A stretch of DNA of 64,000 nt from NCBI GenBank assembly GCA_002189035.1, contig CM007991.1:4960001-5024000 (forward strand), given 5' to 3'. Positions 47,950-60,399 of the stretch are shown in pieces. The DNA comes from Utricularia gibba. Its lineage: Eukaryota > Plantae > Magnoliophyta. Within the stretch, counting starts at the first letter, position 1. Each line of letters starts with the position of its first letter. The notes beneath the pieces were generated by a model, which was not told the origin of the DNA, did no database searches, and saw nothing but the letters and a program-made list of their open reading frames with translations. The position numbers were made by a program, and so were the translations under genes.

Positions 47950-50900
47950 CGACTTCATTCAATTTCCTATAGTCTATGCATACCCTCCACCCATTTTGAA
48001 TTCTTTGAGGCACCAGCTCTCCCTTCTCGTTCTCCACAACTGTCATACTAGTCTTCTTGGGCACAACATGGATTGGACTCACCCATTCGTTGTTTGCAAT
48101 GGAATAGATAATACATGCATCATGAAGTTTGACAATTTCTTTCTTTACCACTTCCATCATATTTGGGTTGAGGTGCCTTTGTGGTTGGCGAACAGGTTTT
48201 GCTCCATCTTCTAATAGAATCATGTGCATACATATGGAAGGAGAGATGCCTTCAATATCTGCAAGAGTCCAGCCAATCGCCTTCTTGTTCCTGATCAGCA
48301 CGTCCAGCAGTCGTGACTCTTGATCTAAGCTAAGACTATTTGAGATGATAACAGGGTTGTTCATTTCTTCATCCAAGAATGCATACTTCAGGTGTGTAAG
48401 CAGTGGCTTTAAGTCAGCTGTCCTCTCCTCCAGGGTCTTGATTTGCATAGCATTCACCTGTTCTGACCCTTTTTCAGCTTCCACTCTTCCGAAAAATGAT
48501 TCCTCATGCTCTTCTTCCTTCTCTTGAATGGCCTTCTCAAAATGCTCCTCAACCAGTTTATCCATCGCGTCCACTGAGCATACACTCTAAAAATCGCTGG
48601 GATAATTGTTCACATCCTTCATGTTCAGTGTGATCCTTTCTTCATCAAAGGATAGTTCAATTGCGCCCATCTTCACGTTAATTATGGCATTAGAGGTGCT
48701 CAAGAATGGCCTTCCAAGGATAATTGGTATATCCCATGAACTTCCAGCAGGCATGTTCACTACATAGAAGTCAGCTTGAAACACTAGCTGCTCAATCTTC
48801 ACTAGAACATCTTCAACCAAGCCTTTTGGAGAAATAACTCTTTGGCCAGCAAGTTCAATTTGCACTCTTGAGGCTTGTAGAGGCCCTAACCTGAGAGTCT
48901 CATACACAGAAAATGACATCACGTTTATGGAGGCTCCCAGGTCAGACATGGCTCTCCTGATGTTCAAGTCATTTATTTTGCAAGGAACAAAAAATGTTTC
49001 AGGGTCCTTGCGTTTTTCAAGTAGCTTCCAAGTCAAAAGGGCTGAACAACTTTCACTCAACTTCACCTTCCCTTTTTCCTATAGTTTTGGCTTTGACATA
49101 GAGAGCTGCTTTAGGTACTTCAAGCTTTTGGGTACCAAGTCAATATACTCCAGTAATGTCTAATTTAATTGGGTATTTCCCAAGGCTCTCAACATTTTTT
49201 CTTTCCCCTTTTTGTCCTCTCTCGCCTTCAGCCTTCCTGGAAATGGTGGTGAGGTTACTTTTACCACAAGAGGCTCAGTAGCAATCTCCACCTCCTGTTC
49301 TTCAGCATCTCCTTCCACCTCAACTTCATACTCCTCTCTTGCCACTAAATTACTCTCAGTTTGGACTAATTCTCTTCCAGGTTTTTCATTCCTGCTTCTC
49401 AATGTCATTGCGCTAATATTTTGTCCTCCCCAGAGTTGCGATTCTGTTTTGCTTGTGACGGTAGGCTTCCTTTTTGCTTCAGTTCCCCAACCTCTATTGC
49501 TAGCTGAGTTACTTGAATTTCCAGATTCTTTATAGCTTGCTGATTCTCAGCTTGGTTCTTGATAGATTGGGTCATAAAAGTCTTCAGAATATCTTCCAAT
49601 GAACCTAATACACAGCCCTCTGTACGTGTGGTCAGCTGTATCAAGCTCTTTCAGAGTCTTCTCTTGTTCTGCCATGATAAAATGAGCTTGAGTAACAGTA
49701 GGGAGTCTGCTCAATCTTGCTGCTTCTCTTACTCTTCTGCGGTTCTTGCAGATCGCTCTCTCGATTACTGGGTAGAAAACAAGATCACCTGCATTAGAAG
49801 AACGCAAATGCATCAACCAAATCACAAAACAATTAAACACCACTCCTCGGCAATGGCCCCAATTTGATAAACGAGAAATTTGTGCAAAGTCGTTAATTTG
49901 CAAATTTCTCCTATCAAATAAAATTTATAAACCTAATTCGCCTCAAATCATATGGAAAATATGAGCATAGTGGACTAGAGTTGAACACAATGAGCTAGGT
50001 GCTTACTATGTGAAAGTTAATGCATGAAATCAGAATCACCTTGGTAGAATAGGTCTTAACTAGGACTAAGGCAGAATTACAACGGAATACAGTAAAGAAA
50101 TGTAATAAGTTTTGGAGCTCGGTTGTTTCTATAATGAAATGGGTGATGCCTTGGGACTCCTAGGGGATGTATGTTTATCAATAAACATACTCACACAAAC
50201 AATAAATCATATAACTAACACACAAATATCTAGGTCTACTCGGATTCTTGTTTTTCCCTTAATCTTTAGTCTACCTCTAATTAGGGTTGTTAAGTTGGGT
50301 TTCACTACTTCCCCCTCTTGGATCTATCGTGGTTTGTTAAGAAAGTGGTGTGACTTATGGCTGATTAGGTCTATAGATTGATTAGCATGTTTCTTCCCCT
50401 TTTACCCCAAGGCACCTCCTAATTACTTAGTCACTCATACTTGAGATAAACGAAAATAGAAAAGAAAACATCATCCACAATGTACTCATGTCTCAGTCGA
50501 CTACCAAAAAATAAACAAGTAGGAAATTTAAAAGTTCAACAAAAAGCGGGAAATGTCACTAGCTATTATTAGCTAAGAGTAATGATCTTTGCAAACAGAA
50601 AGTAGTCTTGAAATTTCAGCTTCGTTTCTGTTCGTCTTCCTCCTTCTTCCTCTCCCTCCCCTCCCCCCCAGAAAACCTCCTTTAGAAAGAATGTTTTGAG
50701 TCTCCAATGGGGGAGATCTTTCTTCTCTCTTCATTTTTCCCCCTTTTTTGTCCAAAATCCTACTTTTTCCTTCCTTTAATTTTGTGTGTACCCCTTTTCA
50801 GACTTTGGCCCCATCTTCTGCCACTACACTGTTCATATACGGCTCCTTGGGATTTGTGTTATCGACATGTGCTGCATTGCTCGGAGGAAACTATTAGAAG

Positions 50901-51058
50901 GTTGGGATTAAGTCATAGATTTAGTCCCAACTAAGACTAAAATGATACAACTATGATACTTATGTGCAAAAATATAGAACTAGGCAATAAAACATATTTT
51001 TTGTAGCACAATATGAGTAATTTTCATGTATTCAATCATTCAAAAATATGTGTTATCA
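47950..51058 (-). mobile_element. Truncated Athila family A element: 5' LTR, PBS, internally deleted gag, protease and start of RT
   Basis: LTR 49865-51058. On the minus strand the LTR is followed by TTGGGGCCATTGCCGAGG, a degenerate Athila tRNA-Asp PBS (consensus TGGCGCCGTTGCCGGGG). ORFs KRKDPETFFVPC, SDLGASINVM, WVSPIHVVPKK...WRVCIDYRKLNEV, then an abrupt join to copia RT. Confidence 0.9.
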
Positions 51059-51699
51059 AGCATGTTTGCTACAACTGCCAAACTTTGATGGATTTCTTTT
51101 TCATTACAAGACCTTCGATAGTTGCTATCTCTTCCTGTTCTTCATTGTGTTACTATCAATCTGCGATTCACATCACTGTCAATCAGGTTTTTCATGAGCA
51201 AGCATATCGATATCAACTATCATGTGGTGAGGGATCACTTCAAGTTTGGTTTTTTATCTCCTTGCTATGTGCCATCCACACAACAGCTCGAAGATATTTT
51301 AACCAAAGCATTGGATTCCCCTTCATTTCATTCCATTATTGTCAAGTTTGATTTGCATCCCGCCTCCCTGCTTGAGGAGTGGGTAAAGATGGATCCTACT
51401 ATCCCATTTTGAGGTACTTCTTGTAGTCGTGATAGGCACGTGGCTACTAGTTGGTTACGGAAGATATTTTCCTCTGTCTACTAGTTAATTACTTATAACT
51501 ATGCACTCCGTAATGTTTCTAGCTAAGACTTTTGTACAATTTTGAATCATAATTCTCATATTCCTTTCCATACATCATCGATTGGATCATCTCAATTGTA
51601 GAGTATGTTCTGTTAAGTTTGATCTTTTTTTTCTACTTGTTTACAATGTAAGGAAATATCATAAAGATTTAGCTTGTACTAATTGAAAGCAAGAAGACT

Positions 51700-52290
51700 T
51701 ACTACACTTTAAAAAAATTAAGATAGGACTAAAGAGATATTAACTCAATACAAAAATACTTACTACAATTTGATTTAGTTCCAGTTCCTAAAAGCCAATA
51801 AGTTATTGGACTAAAAGATATTTATTAACAAATTAGCTTCTAAGGTACATTCTTACATAAAAAAACAAGTGTAGATTGGCTGCATAAGGGTATACATTAG
51901 AAATGAACATTGATAATGAGGAAACTTTTGCTTTGGTAACTAGAATGAAATCAATTTAAATGTTTTTAGCTTTTGGTACTTTTCAGAAATTTAAATTATA
52001 TCAATTAGATGTAAAATTTGCATTTTAAAATGGTTATATTAACTGTTCTTTTAAAGCAACTCTAGTTGTTAAGGTCCAAAATTTTTCGATTATGTATGTA
52101 AATTGAACATTTAAATACTTATTTGACTAATAATGGATTTAGGAGGGATGCTATTGGTAACACATTAGTTACATAAAAAATAAAAATTTTGCTTGTTCAA
52201 GTATATAGTGATGATATTATTTTCAGCAACAGTTTTGCTTGTTCATGGCTGATGAATTTGAAATGAGTCAACTTGGAGAACTTAAATAGT
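51700..52290 (+). pseudogene. Very decayed copia RT fragment (SIRE/Maximus-like), probably the host of the 45065-51645 element
   Basis: Degenerate DLVPVP...VIGLK.IF.NKL, IDNEETFA.V.RM.SI, FKLYQLDVKFAF.NG, VYSDDIIF. Confidence 0.65.
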
Positions 52291-52934
52291 GATGATATTT
52301 GATCTTAAATATTGAAGGAGAAGTGATTAATCAAATATCATTGTTATGATAAATTTAACCTAATTTATTTATTAAAGTATGAGGTATAGGGATTATAATT
52401 AAAGTTTAAAATATATGAGTTATCTTGATTGTGATGGCATGAGATTCTAAGATCTTAATAAAAAATATGCAATATTATAATAATTATTGAGTAATAATAT
52501 TTTAAAATAATAATCCCAAAACACATACAATTAAATAAGTTTTTGAGATTTATGGGCATATAGAAGGGCAGACTTTTATATCATTGGAAACTTGATCCAA
52601 ATTCATTATTTTTCATAATTTTACTCCATTATTTTCTTCATATTGTCATTTTTTTGTATTTTTTTAATAAAATTAAAATTCATTAAGATTTTTGTGCAGA
52701 ATTATCATTAAAATTAACCAATTTTACTTGCAAATATAAAAAAAAATACCAAAGATTTATATAAGACAAGTATTTGCACAAGGGGTATTTTAAAACTTAT
52801 TTATAATATGTCAAAAATACACTTATTTATTTATCTCACTCAATACTCTTCAAAAATATTCGAAAAATACTTTTGTAATGAAGGAGATTTAGCAAATGGG
52901 TGTTTTGAGGTGGTCGCCGAAGCTGTGCGGCCCT

Positions 52935-54142
52935 GAGTTAATTGGCTATGTAGCCCTCTGCAAAAAACTTCTTTGCTAAATGGCCCTATTTGGTACACCT
53001 TAGCTAAATGGCCCTACTTTATGTAGGTATTAGGTAAATAGCCCTATTTTTATTATAAATTAAAAAATAAAATAATTATTATTTACGAAAAATACAATCA
53101 ATGTATATATAATTCTATATTAATTAATGTTATGATTTTATATTTTTATTTCTACTCAAATTATATATATTTAATGATTTAATTTTAAAAATATAATATA
53201 AATATTAATATGAATATTTAGTAGTTCTATTAAAATGTTTTCATAATAAATTAATATAAAAAAGATATGAAAATATTTATACAAAATTATTATAGTAAAT
53301 GCTTTTAACTTAATTTATTTAACCCAAAAATATGTTATGGTACGTTGCCTAATGATATAATTAATACAAAATAGTATTTCTCAATATTTTTTTAAAAAAT
53401 TAAATGTGAAAAATCTATTAATCAATATTTTTATCTATTTAGTATAATATTCGATCTTATACCTAATTTATTAAGTTATTTGACTAGTATATTTTCATAT
53501 TTAGTTTTTTTAAAAAATTAAAAATATTATTATGTATTAATTACATTATTAGATGATGTATCAAAACATATTTTTGGATTAAATAAATTCAATTTAAACA
53601 TTTGATACAATAATTTTTTATAAATATTTCCATTCTTTTTGAAATACTAATGAAACTAAGAATACTAAAAAAACTAATATTATCATGAAATTACCTAAAA
53701 TATAAAAAAAATTCATGATAATTATGCAAATTAATCAGTGAATTATAACAACAATCAATATCACAAAAAAGTTTCATTAGATTATGAAAACATTCTTAGT
53801 ATAATCACAAAATAGTCATATTGATATATATGTTATATTTTTACAATTAAATAATTAAATATATCTAATTTTAATAGAAATAAAAATATAAATCGAAATA
53901 TTAATTATAAAAAATTATATATATACACATGTAATGTATATTTAATATTATTTTATTATTTTTCGTAATAACAATTATTTTATTCTTTATTTATGATAAA
54001 AGTAGGGCTATTTACCTAATACCTACAAAAAATAGGGCCATTTAGCTAATGTCTACCAAATAGGGTCATTTAGCTAATGTCTACCAAATAGGGCCATTTA
54101 GCCAAGAGTTTTTTTGCAGAGGGCTATATAGCCAATTCACCC
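52935..54142. mobile_element. Non-autonomous Mutator-like element (MULE, 1208 bp)
   Basis: Long TIRs (G.GT.AATTGGCTAT.TAGCCCTCTGCAAAAAA, continuing ~170 bp). Perfect 10-bp TSD GTGCGGCCCT at 52925-52934 and 54143-54152. Extremely AT-rich non-coding interior. Confidence 0.95.
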
Positions 54143-54632
54143 GTGCGGCCCTTTGACTCGGCGAAATGAAGAAATGACAGCAATGATGATGATGACTGCA
54201 CAGATGCCATGCCATGCCTTGGGGACCCCTGCACATGCCCATGCCAACCGGTAGCCACTTTACATCGAATCACAATTTTCCCATCTCCTCTTTTTTTGTT
54301 TCTGCGCTGTAGCCAACCCAAAGATGGATTGATTGTAACAACCAGAAGGAAGAGGCGAAATATACAGCGTCTTGAGGTGTGCAGCCTGCAGGGATCCTCT
54401 TCTCTTATTCGCAACATGACTGATTCCTTTCACAGTATAAACCAGTCTCCAACTGCTGTAGCAACCCAAACCAGCAACAATAACATGAATTCAAGGCAGA
54501 CGTAGAGCAAGATGATACATACAAAGGAGGTAGGGCGAGGCGAACAGCAGCACAATAACTGTAAAATATTAATTTCTTATCAAAATTTGTAGCTTGCCTT
54601 CGTATACTTTCGCTTTTCTTTCTTTTTTTGTT

Positions 54633-55682
54633 TCAGCTCGGAGTTGCAAAATACAAAGGAGGAATTGCAGACAAACTCGGAGTTGAGCTCTTACTGGATT
54701 TTCTACCAGAGGGAGGCCTACCGGAGCCTCTCATTGGACTTGCAAACACCCAGCCCCAACTTCTACTCCTCGAATGAGAATGGGAATAGGAATGGGAAGT
54801 AGGTTTCCCCATAGATGATGATACTGACTTCCGGCTCCCTTGTAAAGATGATGCAACTCGATATGATGAAGATGAGGACGAGGAGGAGGAGGAAGTCATC
54901 ATGAATCCACTCAATATCCCACCGTGCACGACTCTTTCATTGATGCCCTCGAGCCTGTTACCTGTGCTTGAGCCATTCTCGTAGAGTTCGTTTTGCACTT
55001 TTGGCTGCCGCTTTGCTTCTTTCTGAGACGCTACTCGGCGTAGAGACCATTCTCCAAATCCCGTCGATAATCTATCAAATATATCACCTGACAAGTTCCT
55101 GCTGCCGCATCCCATGGATCTGGATCTTGAAATCTTGGGGTCAGGTGAAGCAGAAGCCTCATCGTCATTATGTTCTTCATCGACGTCTCCTTTATTTTCG
55201 GATCCTTTCTTCACGATGCGTGTTGTGAAGTTGAGATCTTTATGAAGTCCACTAGCTTTCTTTTGCCTGTAATGAAGAAATGACCAGATACCTTTCCGGC
55301 AGGGGCTGTCTGAAGTGCCATCCCCATCGAGGAAATGCTGCGTGCTTCTAATGCCGGTGAAATCAGAAACTTTGACCCCGGTGTTCATCATCCTCTTGTG
55401 GTGGTTGTGGGAGGCAACACTAGGGGGTCGCTTACCACTAGTATCCATGTACCGGCTGCTGCTTCGTGATTCGGGTACAAAAACATCAGATCTGGAAGGG
55501 GAGGAAGAAGAAGAGGAGGGGAAAACAGCCTCAGGAAAAGAGGATGAAATGAGGTTTCTGAGCTTCTCCTGAAGACAAAAAGCACAGATCCCACCCCCAC
55601 CCGGGGCGGTGGTGGTGGTGTTTCTGAATGGATGATTTGCACAGGAAACGGTGCCCTCATTCATAGCACCACCCATAACCAT
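54633..55682 (-). CDS. Uncharacterised serine-rich plant protein with an N-terminal C-x2-HP...GIC-x2-CL-x-EKL motif (DUF740/OCTOPUS-related), intronless, 349 aa
   Basis: Long GC-rich ORF with CANHPFRN...GGICAFCLQEKL, SRSRSMGCGSR..SGD.F.R.STGFG...LRRV.SQ, SWGWVFASPMR and TPSLSAIP. I recall these blocks from a conserved plant family of unknown function. Confidence 0.85.
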   Translation of the reverse strand: MVMGGAMNEGTVSCANHPFRNTTTTAPGGGGICAFCLQEKLRNLISSSFPEAVFPSSSSSSPSRSDVFVPESRSSSRYMDTSGKRPPSVASHNHHKRMMNTGVKVSDFTGIRSTQHFLDGDGTSDSPCRKGIWSFLHYRQKKASGLHKDLNFTTRIVKKGSENKGDVDEEHNDDEASASPDPKISRSRSMGCGSRNLSGDIFDRLSTGFGEWSLRRVASQKEAKRQPKVQNELYENGSSTGNRLEGINERVVHGGILSGFMMTSSSSSSSSSSYRVASSLQGSRKSVSSSMGKPTSHSYSHSHSRSRSWGWVFASPMRGSGRPPSGRKSSKSSTPSLSAIPPLYFATPS

Positions 55683-58450
55683 CTTGGAAGCGAAAAAATG
55701 TTGGTTGCTGATGAAAAGGAATCAGATCCGTTTGTGTTGTTGGGGCTGGTGCTTCAGGCTCAGGCTCAGCTCCAGCTTGTGGAGATAAAAGAGTGGTCAA
55801 AGATGAATGCGAAAACACGGAGAAGGTGGGGATGGGGCGAATGATTCGAGCAGTCCTTGAGCAAGTTCAGCACGTGTATAAGAAAGAATAGGAACATGAG
55901 AGACAGGAAATGAGAAGAGACAACGTTCACCGTGCACGAGGGAATGAGTCCCGGTGGGCCATCTGTGGCGGCCCAACTGTGGGCAAAGCAGGGGAAGGGG
56001 GAATTGACTCACCATCTGCCTCCTCTTGAATGGCACCGGCACCGGCACCGGCCACTGCCAATTATTAATTAATCCCATGTACAGTAACTAGCCTTTTTGG
56101 CTTGGAAACCCGATCCAGATCCAGATCCAATATTGCACAGTCCCAGCCCCAGATGAGCCGAAGTCGAGACGACAAAAACAATCTCCAAGTGAAGGAAGGC
56201 GGTGGCTTTGGCCCTGGACACGAGGCCCTTAGTTTATTTGCTTTCAGCAAATGTATCTACTAATACTATATTCAAAACAAAAAGTGTTTGATAAACTAGA
56301 TATTGGATTCAAAAGAATCAATCTTTCAAAAAAAATAAGTTGTCCTTCAAGGAATAAAAATACTTGTAATCCAAACTATGAAATGGTAGAAAGAAATTGG
56401 AGAGTAATAAATCACACTAGATATCACAAACAAAATTTAATAAGTATAAAGTTTTACAATACTCAAAAATAACATTGCTTTCAAAAGTCATTATAATCAA
56501 GGTTATCTTTAAACAATAATAAAGTTCTTCTTATATAGGTAGTGTTGCATGTCGTTTCCTCAAAAATTTTTAAATATTTATAAAACGTAAAACACAAAAA
56601 GCGTAATACGAGTATCGATCTCAGTAAGTTGTTTTTCGTGAAAAGTGTTTGTAAGAAACTTTCACAAAATGGCACGGTTTTGCAAAAGGGGGGTTTTTAA
56701 GATGTAGAAATAAACGTTACAACCTAAATAATGAGCCTTGACTACGGTATGCAGTTCCTGGGAATAAGATTCCATTTCCTTCCTATGTCTATCCTCGCCT
56801 CGGTTTTCACTGGTTTCTTTCGAATAGTTGGTTATACGAACAAGTAATAGCCTACTCTCCCTTACACTCTGATTGACAAGGAGGCACGGGAATAGTCTCA
56901 TGTGATTCCCCCTTAGACGATTAGGAAGACAAGAGGATTGCCTTCGATTGCCTTCATAACCGAATTGCGCGCGCATGCTGAATTGTTGCCAATGGCCAGT
57001 GGCAGGTCCGAGGTCACAACCTGTCCACTGTCGCGGTATCTAGGCTATAAACAATCCACTACTTCCCTCGAACCGGCAGGTTTGGAGTTGGTGCTCTTCA
57101 CCTTGATCTTCACCAAAATCCGCGAGGAATGGCCTGCTACTCATGGACCTTTACTAGGAGTCGTTATAGAAAGACCGCAACAATACGCGTGGAAGTATGC
57201 AGAATCCGAATTGAGTTCAGTGAAGAACCGAATGTATTGCTCAAGACTTGAAAGAAAATTTCATCTACTTCCAGAAACTAAAGGGTTTTAGCCACAAAAG
57301 GCCATGAAAACAGAAATGAAATCGGAAACTAAGTGTTCTTCCTCCTTGAAGGGGAGGAAGAACTCAAAAGTTCTAAGTCTCAAAACAAAGGTTCTAAAGT
57401 CCGAAACTAAGTGCTCCAAGTAGTTTTTATTTCACTCTCCACGTGTATTAACTCATTTGGATCCCCTTCCCATCATTCCTTCTCTCTTGTGTGCACCAGC
57501 AACCTTCCTTTACGTGCAAGTTAGCGCCCAATCATTACTGCAGACTCTGACATGCCATAAGTCAGGGGCCTTGAACAGTGTCAGTCTTCCGCCCACAATC
57601 GTTCCAAGTCGCGTACAAGACACGAAAAGTCAGACTCTGACCATCTGCAATACTCCTGCAACACTACACGACAATCTCCTGACATGTCTCAGTCAAATTG
57701 TGAGAAAAGAGACAGGAAATATATACAAAATAGGAAAATAAAGATTTTCAAATAAAAATCAAATACTTAATAATAAGACTCCTAATTTGGACGACTTAAT
57801 ACTAGATTAACATCTAATAATACCTAATAAATAACTAGAAAATGACACTTAACATATTCCTTCACACTTAAATCATGTTTGTCGTCAAGTATGAAAATCA
57901 TAGTAGTCCACGAAAAAGGACAGAATCCAAGTCATGATGCATTACTAAGGTACATTCATCCTACAGCAGGCATTTACTCCAACTCTTTTCCTATCCTTCA
58001 ATCAAATTAAGGCAAGCCACTCAAGTTCGCATGCATCAGAATAAGACTTAACCAATGACTAGTTATACACTAACATCATCAAGGTAAAACATCAAGAGAA
58101 CATACACTATAGTGACTCAAGACCTTTTTCTCTCTTTTGTTTTTTTTTTTTCAGATAGAGGTCTCCGCTTTGGGGAAGAATGCTTGGATTACGAAACCTC
58201 ATGTGTGGTGATTGCCACGGTTTCGCCAAACATCCTTACCTTTGGCACCCCTTTTTTTTCTCTCCTTTTTTTTTTATCTCGGTCTGGTCACTATAGGAGC
58301 AACAAAAATTTATTCACAACATAATATATACAAGGAATGAAAATGTAATCATAGCCACGGTATGGTCTTTCCTAAATCATGCAACAAAAGCTTGATATCT
58401 AGAAAGAAAAATAATTGAAGTATTTTCTTAGTAGCAAGGAATTCATGAAC

Positions 58451-60115
58451 CTAAGCATGATCAACCTTAAAAATTCTAGCCTTATTCATGGAAGCAAATG
58501 TACTGAAGGAGCATAGTGGGGATTTTTCACAAACAAAAACAAAAGGAAAACAAAACATGAGGGTGCAGTGCTCAAAGGGACGTCTGTTGGTGCACCGTAA
58601 GGATTCACAATGGAGGGGGGGCATAGAAGTGATGGTACTCTTGGTAACCGCTTGAACAAAAACAGCCTTCCCCTGAACCTCCTTTAGGTAGCTGCAAGAA
58701 AACAAGTCATCTAAATCTAGATAACGGAAATGATTATCTACCTGAGGGGTCTGTTTGTCAAGGTTCACTTTGAGATGTTGGGCGAGCTTTGTGATGAGGG
58801 AAGCAAAGGGTAGGACCCTTTCATTCTTGGGAGTGATGGAGTGCATTTAAGTGGAAATCCACCATCCCTGATTTATTGGAAGCTTCTTCATCATTGCCCA
58901 CAAGAAGAACACGATCACCTTGGCAATGATGCTGGTGCCTTGTCGGGTTGTGCTGTAACAGCCTCCCAAATACCTGTTCAACACTAAAAGAGCAGAGGCC
59001 CTCAAGTAATGGGCCTTGAGTTTGCGTACAGAATACGAGGGCTCACAGACAGACATGGAATATAGGCATTCAACACATTAAAATGCTCAAGATAATCACA
59101 AAAGGCTTTGAGGTAACGTGTAGTGGCTAAATGAAATTCAGAAACAAACCCTAAAGCCAAATTAAAATCATTTATGGACATACGAAAGTTTTTGCCTCCA
59201 AGGTGGAAAGAAATCAAGTCCTCAGCAAGGTGATTTCCAACCACATCCTCAAACACAAATGTAGTGTAAAATTCAAAAACAAGTTTGGGATAAATAGAAA
59301 GACTAATTTCAGAAAATCTACGCCACCAAGGGAAGCATCAAATAAATGGTTAATATCAGCAAGCAAGTTCAGATGCACCAAAGTAGGCGTATGCAACTTG
59401 AAATCAAACAAAATTCTGCACGAGGTTAAGAGATTAAACAAGAGTTGGGCGTTCTTATCTGAAAATCTCACGGTGTTTTTCAGTTGGGTCCAAGCAGAGG
59501 ACTCCAAGGCTCGATCTTGCCAGAATTTGTGCGACCACATTGCCCTTTTCCTCGCTGTGTGGGCTGAGTAGCTTCATCTACATCCTGTTCTTCGGAAAGG
59601 AACTCTAGGCATGGCCCTTCATTAGCGGCACGCTTCATTTCAAAAATCCAGAGATCAACCTCCTCATCGATGGTGATCTCTTCAGTAGCATCTTCGTCCT
59701 ATACTGGAGAAGGGGATGAGTGAAAAATAGGAATTGCTGGTTCTTTACCCTTTTCTCTAGCAATTTCCTCCGGTTGTGGGGGCTGCGGGCTCTCGAGAGC
59801 AGAAATTGCTGCTGGGGAATTTGGCACTGAAGATTCCGGCTTGTCTACAGCAATAGTAGCAGTAGCAGGGACTGGGTACCACTCCAGATATAGCACCGGC
59901 AACACTATAGTCAGAGGCATGGACTCAATCGGAATAGACTCCGCCGCGACGCCTAGAGATGGCTCATGCTCAGTGGGCACAGAAGCTTCTGCTGGGTTGG
60001 TGCGACAATGTTGGGTCCATTGGGATGGTCCAGTAGTAGCAGGTTGGCGCTTTCGAGTTGCTGCCTTTGCAGCACTTGCGCTTCAGGTAATCGGAGATGT
60101 GGGGCATCCAGACAT
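58451..60115 (-). pseudogene. Athila env-like/accessory ORF, broken by stops and frameshifts
   Basis: Lies between integrase and the PPT. P/A/E-rich N-terminus, then ISFHLGGKNFRMSINDFNLALG, VFFLWAM, INQGWWI and LPFASLITKLAQHL, which resemble plant ATHILA ORF-1/Transposase_32-type proteins as I recall them. Confidence 0.75.
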
Positions 60116-60399
60116 GGTGAGCAGAAAATTCAGAGAATCGAAGAATTTCACGCGAGAGAAGGAGAGGAATTGAAACGCAAGTCACAACAGCAAAGTGGGG
60201 TAACGGTCAGCATAATGGAATTCCAAAAGATAAAAGGGAGATTGAGTGTAGAAATGGTTGAGGGAGTAAGTGGTGGCATGAGGTAGGTGAAAGTAAAGTT
60301 ACTTGAAGTAGTGGGTGATAAAAACGAGGAAAGAGTAACGGTTACGAAATTAAAGTCATGGGTTGCCTCCCATGCAGCGCCAATTTATAGTCTTTGGCT

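Larger units (their letters stand above)
45065..51645 (+). mobile_element. Old Ty1/copia element with short diverged LTRs, gag deleted, two nested gypsy-type insertions
   Basis: LTRs 45065-45325 and 51384-51645 align with many substitutions. PPT TTGAGGAGTGGG before 51384. GAG-pre-integrase/integrase 45387-45947 (LWQCRLGH, LHCDLWG, IIDDHSRAT, IQSDKGE), RT ~46960-47945, RNase H 51059-51360. No clean 5-bp TSD. Confidence 0.85.

Noticed and set aside
45060-51650. TSD for the second copia element
   Set aside because: With TG...CA ends only ATG (3 bp) matches; a 5-bp AATGT match needs both ends shifted by one base. Left unresolved.
54170-54420. Possible miRNA precursor or small ORFs downstream of the serine-rich gene
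   Set aside because: No long fold-back and no match to conserved miRNA sequences I remember; most likely 3' UTR.
56225-56540. Possible MITE between the gene promoter and the family D LTR
   Set aside because: No matching terminal inverted repeat or TSD found.
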